Assembly: GCA_907165135.1 (NCBI GenBank)
Contig: OU015568.1
Coordinates: 15,139,208-15,203,207, forward strand
Reading direction: 5' to 3'
DNA: 64,000 bases
Source of the DNA: Oikopleura dioica
Taxonomy: Eukaryota; Animalia; Chordata
Positions 54,132 to 64,000 of the stretch are shown one piece after another; position 1 is the stretch's first letter, and each line of letters opens with the position of its first letter. Under the pieces are notes generated by a model. It saw only the letters and a list, made by a program, of their open reading frames with translations. It did not search any database and was not told where the DNA came from. Made by a program: the position numbers and the translations under genes.

Positions 54132-54955
54132 TTAATGAGAGGCGATGACGTTGAAAAAGTGAACGACTTCATCATGATCGAATACTCCGACTTCAGTGTC
54201 GCAGACATTGCATTTCACTAGGAGCATTTTTCTCATAACGAATAAAGAAAACAATCAACCTGGATGATAAAGATCCTCTGCTTCAGAGTCTGTAGCATCG
54301 CTGGCACGATTGAGACTTTTGGATCTGCTTCGTCTTCTTGCCTTTTCTTTAGCTGCTCTCTTCTTTCTACCGCGTTTCTTAACAGTCTTCTTCTTATATT
54401 TGAGAACATTTTCGGAGTCTACAGTGCAGTTCATCGTGAACATGGCTCTGTATTGATGCTGGTACGTGGCGTGTCTTTGACAGTCGACGCAGATTACTGT
54501 CATGCATGCTGGGCAGTTCAAAACGGCATCAGACATCTTCGCTTTCTTGTGACTTTTCGACTGGCTTGCCATCCACTTCTCGTCTTCCTCGTCAGCATCT
54601 GGGTTGTAGAGGAGCTCATCGTTGCTCAGCTTTCTTCTATTGCGACTTGGCTCCTCTTCATCGGAGGAATCGAAATAATCTTTGTCGTAATGTGTTTCGG
54701 AGCCATTTGGCTTTGCCTTACTGGTGGAGGGGGTGTCGTTTGGGGAGGCAAGATCTAGTCAAAATAATTCATTTCAAATAGATGAAATGTGCATAAAAAA
54801 CCGTTGGCCCAAGTTTTGCTAGCATGCGATACAATATCATCTAACTCGGCCTCCATTTCCGCTTCAAAGTCGTCAATGATATCCTCCGCTTCATCTCGTT
54901 GCAACACCTCTCCAGTAACTTCGCAATCATGTCTGAGTTCGTCGTCGTAATCCAT
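54132..54955 (-). CDS. EAPP: E2F-associated phosphoprotein
   Basis: SDAVLNCPACMTVICVDCQRH..Y..QYRAMF..NC; YHPVKC..C.TEVGVFD.DEV.HFFNVIASH*. Confidence 0.92.
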
Positions 54956-55043
54956 TTTGAAATCTTGAAAGATAAGGAATTAAAATCGAGATATCTGAAG
55001 GACAATGGTCATAAATTGGCAGGAAAGTGGACAACAATTTTGA

Positions 55044-56948
55044 TTATTTCTCGTCGGAGTAAGCAGAGCGATAGACAACTTTTTCCTGTTCCGCCGGCGC
55101 GGAACCGTCGGCAGCTTGTTCAGTCGATTCTTGCTGATCTTCGTCATCTTCATCAGAACTAGATTCGACGGCTAAAATGTGTGAAAAGATTACATCCTCT
55201 GGGAAAACAGACCTTGAGCTTTAGCCTTGAGACGATCATATTTTCGCTTGTTCATCGATCTGAGGGCTCTGGCCTTCAAGTCATCTTGAAGTTCTTCCTG
55301 GAGCTCCTCAGTTGTTTTCTCGGGCTCCTACAATTATCATTCAAACTGTTCCGCAATTAAATATTTCTTACCTCGATCGCTTCAGGAGATCTTGATTTGT
55401 AGGTAACATCTTCCATTCCAGGGGCAACACCAGTGGCGTACTCGAATTCAGGTGCCTTGATTTGCATTTAAAAAGCATTTCATTCAAAACCGAAGATCTA
55501 CCTCTGGTTCTTTTTCCTCTTTCTCAACAGCAACAAGCGCGGTCGACGGATCTTCGTCAGGCTGCTGATTTTCTTGATTGTCATCCTGTTCCATGGGCTC
55601 ATCGCGATCAACAGAAACGTCAGAGTCATCATCGTCTTCTTGAAGTTGACGAAGCCTCTCCTGAGAGATACGATTATACTCTGCTGAAAGCAAGAAAGTA
55701 CCTGTCGAGCTGCTTCTTCGGCAGCTTTCTTTTCTTCAAGCGCCGCCTTTGCTTTTTTGGCGGCGAGAACTTTCGCCTTTGCCAGGGCCAGTGCCTTCGC
55801 TCTAAGTTTAAGTTGTATCTCTGACATCTCTTCATCTGAGGATTCATCGTCGCTTTCTTCTTCAGAAGATGACTCTTCTTTAGCGGGTGGTGGCGGCGGA
55901 GGACCCATATCTTCATCTTCTTCATCTTTTCGGGCGTCTTTTTCTTCGGCCCACTGATACTCGTATTCCTCGTCTAAAAATGTCTGTCTAAAAATCGATG
56001 CTGGTCGTCTCCGGTTTACCTTCGTCCATTTTCTTCGCTTGACTTGTAAGTTCCTCTTCGTGAACTTGCTGGACCTTCATCTTGATTTTCTCACGCAAAA
56101 CGGTAATATCTTCTAAACTCATTTTCTCCAGCTCCTCTGGCGGTGGCACCACCAAATCTTCAGTAGAATCGACGACGTCAGATTGGATCGGTTTCTGGAG
56201 AAGCTTCTGACGCCGTTTTTGTTCGGCACGCAATTTTTCTTGAGTAGGATCAAAGAACTTTATCTACTTTCAAAGCAAAAATTGACGGCTTTAAAATAAC
56301 CGAAACTCTCAAAAGCCGAGTTTATCCCTAGCCTTACAAACACACATCATTAAATCCTTTCCTAGTTCTTCCTCAGAATCTACATCCGACTCTCCCGAAG
56401 AGTAATCCATATCTACACCATGTTGAATAACATGGTTGAGTCGTTTCCTGCTCATTCCCTGCACAGTCTCCTGCAGGTGTTCTTTTATTTCTTTGAGCGG
56501 CTTGTGGCGAAACTTCTCTGGCACCATTTTGATCATCACATCATCGTTGACGATTTTGAAAACATTCTCCATGATCTCATTTCGAGTTGCGTACGCAGCA
56601 AGCGGTCGGAGATCTTTGGACAAATCGAGACCGTCAGGTTCCATGTCGGAATCGTAGTCCTCCGAGCCTGAAGAGGACGAATCATCAGATGATGAGCTTG
56701 ATTCCTCGCCACGGGCCTTCTTTCGCGCTTTTCTTGCCTTCTTGCGCGCCTCCTTTTTCTTTTCTTTTTCCTTTTGCTTTTGGATCTTGGCGAGCTTTTG
56801 CGTGTGATCTCTGTAGAACGTCGCAATATCTTATCATTAAATAAACACCCTGGTTACTTTATAAGACTGTACCTTCTACTGGCATATCAAGATCAGGATT
56901 ATGCCACCAGGGCCTGGCAGCAGCCCCACCTTGCACTCTCGATGCCAT
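55044..56948 (-). CDS. CAAP1: CAAP1-domain protein
   Basis: LDLSKDLRPLAAY...ENVFKIV..D.MIKMVPE...EIKE......MS.KRL..VI; LKLRAKAL motif. Confidence 0.7.
56239..56361 (-). other. GA-AG intron with terminal stem
   Basis: Joins SEEEL-E|KLRAEQ; GAA-AGGATT ... GATCCT-ACTCAAG. Confidence 0.65.
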
Positions 56949-57330
56949 TTTCTACGACGAATAATAATTATCACTGTCCTTTAGAACGTGGTTGATTAGT
57001 GTATTGAATGGATTTTGAATCACAGCTTGAAAGGAAAGCGCTGCTGGTTAGGTTTTTGAATAGATGAAGAATAAACGGAATATGAAGACATAAAACGTAC
57101 GATTTTAGATATAAATCTGGGTGAACTGGTAAACTAACGATATTTCTGTGTTTCTGAGGAATAGACTGTTAGCTTGAAAACTGAATAGAAAGAGCTTGAA
57201 AACGAAAGAGAAAGATTTTAGTCCAATACATTTGTATATTTATAAAACTAGCACAAGATATGTTGTAACTCATGGAACTGCATAGGAAAATAATTTGTCC
57301 GAAGAAATCTTCGTGATTTTGATTTGGCTC

Positions 57331-59602
57331 TTATTTTAGCGAAGTCGGCTCCTTGACTTGGTAATGCACGAGAAAGCCGCTGACGAATGCACCACAAACG
57401 GCGCAAATTGAGCAGATTAGAAATATGACGCTTGGAGAGGAGTAAGCGGCGATTATAGGCCCTGCAATCAGGGACATTATTAGCTGGCCGAGGTAAGTCT
57501 GCGAGATAAGGATGGCACAGTCGAGCCCGTAGCTTCTTTTGGTTCCAGGCGGCGACTGAAATTCAGTAAGTAATAAAGATGGAAAGAAGCAAGTGTCTAC
57601 CTTTCTGAGATATGTCTTAGACTGGAAGTATCTTGATAATATTTGAAAAGGAAGCGTGTACAAAACGGCGAATCCGGAACCGATGACGAATGTCAACGAA
57701 AGAATCACGAACTTCAATGGGTAAAGAAACATCACGAAGCTGGAAATCGCAATGAGTGTGTAGACCAAGACGTACATGAACTTCATCCCGAGTCTGTTGA
57801 ACATGTCGTATCTTTCTATTAGAGCAGAGAAGATCGACATGGATATTGAGTAAACGACGAGACCGTAGCAGCCCATTGTAAATCCCTCCTTGTAGTTTTG
57901 GTAATCTGTTGAGTTTTCTGGCTCATCGACATTTCCTTCGTAAACGACGAATCCGAAGACATCTTTAACGAAGTTTGAATGGGGTAGGATCAAACTGTCC
58001 TTACCTGTATAATAAATGATAATCGTGAGAATCATGATCCAGTTAAAAAGGTCGCAAAGGCACAAAGTGGCAAGCTCAATAGGCATATTATAGATCGATC
58101 GCATCATGTTTCTAAAGGTGATTTCTTGCTCAACGAGTATGGGCTTCTTTTTCTTTTCTTTCTTCTTCTTCTTTGCGCCGATAGGAGGAGTTACTTCGAG
58201 AATGGAGCTGACGTTGTTGTTCAGTTCTTGCTCGTAGGCAACGACGTCCTGAAAATTGAAGATAAGTTATTAGCTGGCGAGATAAAACCTCACTACCTGT
58301 GCTAGACAAGGTGTTGAAGTTGTGCAGGAAAGCTTGTCATCGTCACTCGTGGATTTATTCAACAGCTTCTGCTGTATGATCATGAAACCGTCTGTCCGAC
58401 TATCGTCGGAATCGCTTTCGTCCTCTGATAAGTCGAATTCGGGGTCAGACCAGTCATCTAAGAATACAATAGCATTGGAAACGAAGCGAATTTCTCACCT
58501 TTATCAAGCCCACCAGGCATCGAGTTAGTATCGTTAAGTCGATAGACGGAGCCGCTGGTCCAGCGGGTCGTCGACATCACGAAACCACGCGCCATCGTAA
58601 TCGGCCTGATGTACTGACTTCGATGAATAAAGCCTTCCGAGTGCGTTACGTTCGTCACTTTGCCACCACTTGTAAGTTCCGCCTTGACTCGTTTCATTTT
58701 GCTTGCGAATTTCGTATCGTCGGAAAACTTCACAGCTGAAATTGCGCGATCACGTAGAATTGTTGCCGTGGGATCAGAATTGCTTTCCAGTGGGGGAATC
58801 TTTGGTAAGTTCTTCTTCGGACGATACCTTCGCTCTTTGAAAGAAATCATCGTTGAGAAGAGAGACACGGCGAAAAACGCTAGCGCGAGAAAGTAGAGTT
58901 TCTGGTTGCCATCCATTCCGAAGATTCCTGCGCAGAGGTAGCCAATTCCTCCGCCGACGCCAATAAATAAAGTTTGAATGTTCAGCGCGGAATCCTGAAA
59001 TTTAGTATTTTAAAACACGACAGTTGCAACTTCGAAAAAGTACCTGATCAGCTAGATTTTGAATGCAATCCAGTGTGTAAGCTTTTGCAGGCGTTTCAGT
59101 AGAGTCCAAGCCCCAGTCCATTAGTTGCGAACCGGTAATAGCGACGATGAGGCCGATAAGATTTCTTTGCTCCATTCCATCGAATAAATCTCCGATTTCA
59201 ACTGCAAAGGATAGAAGTGTCATGCCAATCATGGCAAGAACGGAAAGAGCGAGAATGAATGGCCGCCGGCGACCGAGTTTTGACTGGCATCTATAAAAGG
59301 AAGAAGCGATGAGGATCTACTGTAACGCACGAATACATACGAGACACGAACTGTACCTGTCGGACCAGGAGCCAATCCAAGGGCCGATTGTGAGTCCCAA
59401 AATGGGCGAAATAATCCACACCCAACTGGTTCCCTCGTCGGTGACACCGAGTTTTCGCAGAATCGGAGTTACAGAAACAAGCTAACAATCGATTTTTCTC
59501 AGTTGATCATTCAAAAATTACCTCAATCGAGTAGCAAAATTCTCTTCCGGCCATCAGTGCCGCATGTTGATACAGTTTCTTTTTCGGGACCTCATGTTGC
59601 AT
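57331..59602 (-). CDS. SLC45-family sugar/H+ symporter
   Basis: GREFCYSIE, VTPIL..LG, SPILG..IGP.IGSWSD, GRRRPFIL, MDWGLD....PAKAY.LD, R.YGLD.AIL. Confidence 0.9.
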
Positions 59603-60504
59603 GAACCAGCGAGGTGGTACCTCTCTAAACGTTCACAAAAAGCGTTAAAACGAGTCTTTCAGAAAAGATTTTGAAATTTTCTCTGATGAGAAGAATTATT
59701 TGCTTATCACGTGGGACAGAGAGTGTTCAAATAACTGACACGTCAACAGAAAAACATCAAAGAGAAAGAAAGACAGGCAATCACTCGTGAGGAAAATTAT
59801 CTACAATTTCGTGCAAATTGGGCAAACTTTCCCCGCGGCCGGGCCAAAAAATTGAAAGAAGACGTAAAATCATTTATCAGTTGCCAAGTTAAAAATCTAA
59901 GAGACTAAAAATCGTATCTGTAAAAGTGACGAAATCTGGTTTGACATTTTTAAATGCTCCAGGAGCGAGCTATAAAACAAGAAGAAAAACTACGAGGGTT
60001 TTTTAAACAAGAAAAATAATACTTTATTGAGGTCATTGGAAATCAGCCAAACATCGTCGAGGAGAAATCATCAGCTCTCTTTTCTCTCGCTTGCTGCTCT
60101 TGTTGAAGACGAACGTATCTGAAGAAAAAAGGGTAAAAATGCTCATATCTTGGTCTCCACCTTTTCAGCTTTCAAGCGCTCTTAAATTTTCTCCAAATTT
60201 CATCTTGGAACGATATTCATTCATCTCTTTCTTTTACTGTAGCAAATCAAAGTTACAAAAGCTCGCAATTAAAAAGGAAGTAAATCGAGCCCATTGAATT
60301 TCAAAAAGAAGAATCTTGAGACGTCTCAATTGTGGAAAATTACCGTCTTCGATGAAAAAACCTCTCGTGGCGATTTTTCAATGAGAAAAGAAAAAGTTTA
60401 TCAGTTTAGCAAATCGTCTCATGTGATTTTCTCTACATTTCCCAGCACATTGGATTACTTTTAGCGAAGGAAAAAGAATCAATCAATACAGCATTGAACT
60501 GAAT

Positions 60505-61092
60505 TTAATACCTCTCTTCCATTTGTTTGAGCTCCTCTTCTCGATCGTCTTCGGGGAGCTTTTCTCGGCACAGCGGGCAGACATTTGCCTGTTTCAGCCA
60601 GTTCTCGCAGCAGGACTTGTGGAAGACATGGGCGCAGCCATAAGATTCTCCATCTTTGATAACTCGAAGTTTGAGACAGTCTTTTTCGATTAGTTTGTCT
60701 TTAGTCAAGCTCAAATACGGATTCTTTCTTAAATGTAACGCGCAAAATTTGACCCCTTCCTAAACAAATGGCACAGTCGTCAGTGTCGTTGACTGGAAAA
60801 TCATCATACTCGAGAACTTGCTCCAGAAACCAAGGAGCAGTCGATTTCGGGCGATCAGTGCTATTGAAGAGCATTCTGATGATTTCCACTGGGAGCGAGA
60901 AATCGCCGAACGAATCAAAATGCCAATGGGCTGGGAGCTGACCAGTGTTCAATCTTTTTCAAGTTCAAAAGTGTGATATTCCAAAAGCAACGATTTCATA
61001 AAATTAAACCTGCACCTTCTCACGAAATCAAGCATATCCTCGATCTGATTCTCCGAATTCGATGTATCATGCTCATCCCAGTACGAAGACAT
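60505..61092 (-). CDS. RNF181: RING-H2 E3 ligase, RNF181-like
   Basis: N-terminal MSSYWDEHD; CAICL...CAHVFHKSC..NWLKQANVCPLCREKLPEDD. Confidence 0.8.
60699..60759 (-). other. GA-AG intron inside the RING domain, with terminal pairing
   Basis: Joins CAICL-D|KLIEK; GGTCAA/TTGACT or TCAAAT/ATTTGA pairing. Confidence 0.75.
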
Positions 61093-61197
61093 AATCTAAG
61101 CCACTATTATGTAACAAACGATTCTATACAGATATTTCATGATATACTTTTTATTCTAGAAAAATGCTTGTCAGTGTAAGTGGCAGGGAAACGATGT

Positions 61198-61919
61198 TCA
61201 TTTTTGGGCTCCTCTTGGTCCTCGAACTCGATGAAGTCGGGGCTTAAAAAATTTGGGCGGAGTTCTTCTTTCAGCTTGAAGTGTTGTCTTAAGTTTTAAT
61301 ATTTGTTCTCGTGTTGGTCGGTTCATTTTCGATGCTCCATCTTCTTCTTCATCCCAATTATCGGCAAATTGAATATTGTCCCTGAAAAATAAACTAGATA
61401 TTAAAAAGCTCAAATAACTTACGAATCAGTTTTTTCGCGGCGGGGGAGTCCAGCGAATCGATCACGAAAAGGCGCACTAGAATAAATTTATTAATACTGA
61501 TCAGTCAAGAAGGCTCGTTACCGGTTTCTGTCGGGGCACTCTTTTAGATGGTTTTCCATTTCCTCGCCCTTTCTGAACCAGTGCATCGCGTTCCATTTGC
61601 ACTTATCGAATTGGGCGGCTTTTTCCGGATTCTGCTGTCGACATCGAAGGATATGTCGCTGGTAACGGTACGCTAAAATATTTTTTAAAATCGATTAATT
61701 CTTAAAAAGCTTACCTTGGATAACATGCACTGGGTCAAATGGGCATTGACGGAGAAATTCTGGATCTGCGAACTTCTCACTTGCATTTCTTGTCACCAAG
61801 TTCCCCTGTGCCGACATGATGCTTGGCGTCATGGATGCGACCGACATTTCATCGAAATCTCGGACACTTCCAGTATATCGTGACGATCGGCCATCATGAC
61901 TCACGAGGTCGTCCATCAC
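61198..61919 (-). CDS. GTSF1: Gametocyte-specific factor 1 / Asterix-like protein (two CHHC zinc fingers)
   Basis: CPFDPVH.I|..RYQRHILRC and CKWNAMH......NHLKECPD; acidic DNWDEE segment. Confidence 0.85.
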
Positions 61920-62588
61920 TACAGCTCTTTTCTAAAAATAATCAAAATTTTTAATCAAATAAAAATAAAAGAAACATAATTTTAGGTCAGTAAATTTTGT
62001 AATAATTGAAAAAACTGTTTCTGATATGTTTAACAAGAAATAGTAAAATAGCCATTTCTAGAAAAATTTTATCTGTCGAAAAAACTTCTCTCGTCGTTTT
62101 GTGAGCAGCCGCCGCGCTGCCACGCAAAACGCTTCCCCTTGTCCGAGCGGAGGACTCATCTCACGCGAGAAATGGAAGAGCGCCAGATTGAAAACAATCT
62201 TTTAACCTTCTCATCGGTTGAGTGGCTTGTAATTAAGTAAAATTATGATATCTCTTATCTTCATGGACGTTCATTCTGTCTAGTAGAAGCATTGAAATTT
62301 GTTTATAATTAATGCAAGTACTTTCTCATCATTATGGTCAAGGTAGGATCCTTTTTCGATAATGCTTGTGATGGACGATTTGATGAACATCCAAAAAGAG
62401 AATTAGCGAAATTTCATAAATGCGGCTGCTTTCAATTCCATAACCATACGGCCTTTTTTAATCATGATAATCGAGCATGCAGAAACATTGTCTCATTCTT
62501 GATTGAAGTGCGTCTCTTGAATATTTAACTTTCCAAACCAACGGCCCTAAGGACACATATCGTCCGATGAGAACCCTTTTATAAAGAG

Positions 62589-63155
62589 ATGAAGTCAGTG
62601 AAGGAAACAGCCGGGTATTCAAAAATCAACCAAAATGACAACGAAAGGATTCGTATGAAGATTAAGTCGCTTCTAAGATCGTACCATTATCATTAATCCC
62701 TCTTCTATGTCTTCCAAATTAAAACATTGATTGACGCGGGTAGTCAAATTAGCCTCAGACTATTGAACACTGTAATATCTCCACTAAATCCACAAAATAG
62801 AAAAGAGGTGCATTTCGGCCCGCAACGAAAAGCCGAGTTACCAGCAGTTAGCGAGATTTACAAGGCTTCCCTAAAAGCCGGCCTTGCCCCGCTACAGCTC
62901 GCCGAGGCTCATGAGCTCTTGATGAAAATGCCCGAGAATGAAGAAGACGTCGACTCAGATATTGGCTTGGATCAGCCACAAGCAAGCCAATGCAAGGCCG
63001 TTGTTATCGCGATCATTGTCATTTGCATTGTTTTTGCAAGCATAGCTTTTAGCGCTTTCATTTCGCTTAGAACAGGTTTGGAAAATAATGTCTTCACTTC
63101 CACAGCCATTATTCAATTCAGGAATCGCGACTATGTCTTCCACATCGCCAACTGA
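62589..63155 (+). CDS. Small protein with C-terminal TM helix
   Basis: 142-aa ORF containing AVVIAIIVICIVFASIAFSAFI. Confidence 0.5.
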
Positions 63156-63540
63156 AAATTGCACTGTAGTGTCTGAGAAAAACGAAACTATTTGCTGATG
63201 CCATGTTGCTGTCTAATAATAAATATGTTCCTTAATAAATAATAAGTTATCAGTGCAGCATAAATTATAATAAGCTCATTCCAATATTGTCCTTCCTGTC
63301 TAAAAGTTACTGTTAGAGAGCCATTTCCTTTTCGTAAGATAGAGAGCTTATTTGTTGTTTCTGTCCCTTTTTTGAGACTAGAGAAGAAATGTGAAAATAC
63401 TTGGTACCACTTTGAGTTTAATTATAGTAGACTTAGTACTATGTATTTTGACTTGTGTACCAGGAAGTTTATGCTACAAACTAATTTCATTGTCAGCTAA
63501 TTTTGTATAGGGAGCAAATATTTCTTTACAGGCCTCCGGC

Positions 63541-64000
63541 CAGAGGAATGCCTATTTTAATGCTTCGAAAATGCTCAAAAGAAAATTCAATTACGAGAGA
63601 AAAGGTTTACAGTTGATGCTGGGCTCGGAAGCCTGTGTTGAAAACCTAACTCAAAGTGAAAACAAAGTATTTCTTAACATTTCTGGATACAGCCCTTTTA
63701 CGAGAATAAAGATGAATCAACCAACTTTTCACATGGAGAATCGAAGAGAGAAGTTTTGTATCATCATAGGAACACTGCTCGAAAGAATCGCCAGTAGTTA
63801 CAGTAGCATTCATTAGAAGAGAGGAAGCTTTCAGAGCAGTTCTAGTCGTCATTCTCGTCATATTCATTTTCTACATTTTATACCTCGAACATGCAGATGC
63901 AGTCATGGGGAGAAAGCTGGAAGATGAAGGGCCAGGACTCAACTATGGTAAGAAGAAAAACGTCTGTGTTAATCGGTTTCAGGAAAATTCTCATCAAGGA
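63541..64000 (+). CDS. 5' part of a possible membrane protein running off the window
   Basis: Hydrophobic AVLVVILVIFIFYILYL followed by a GTAAG donor near 63948. Confidence 0.3.

Noticed and set aside
62640-62745. Another possible GA intron (GATTCG donor)
   Set aside because: Junction not anchored by homology and pairing is weak; not counted, and a possible counter-example to the stem rule.

Overview
Eukaryotic, very compact, AT-rich animal genomic DNA. About 30 genes are packed tightly, with 40-130 nt introns, frequent GA-AG/GC-AG introns and lineage-specific Cys-rich secreted proteins. This strongly suggests a larvacean tunicate such as Oikopleura dioica (inferred, not proven). Recognisable genes: a carbohydrate sulfotransferase, a divergent secreted PLA2, a CK1-family kinase, an aldo-keto reductase, a SNAP-25/29-type SNARE, an intron-containing bacterial-type DUF3050 (heme-oxygenase-like fold) gene, an EGF/IPT mucin-like protein, an O-fucosyltransferase-like protein, a tandem cluster of Cys-rich/Kelch-like secreted proteins, a trefoil/TSP1 protein, a RING/TRAF-like protein and a same-strand, operon-like run (GTSF1, RNF181, SLC45, CAAP1, EAPP). 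There are many non-autonomous DNA transposons (TTAA/GG-ended Kolobok-like, TA-flanked, hAT-like, long foldbacks). Main signal: the non-canonical introns I could reconstruct (nine GAA...AG, two GC...AG) all carry a short stem pairing the intron start (from about +3 to +6) with its end (to about 4-9 nt before the 3' end), and most lack a pyrimidine tract. One of them is a hAT-like MITE whose 8-bp target duplication supplies both splice sites, apparently a snapshot of such an intron being born. All gene models were built by eye; exon boundaries need RNA-seq.
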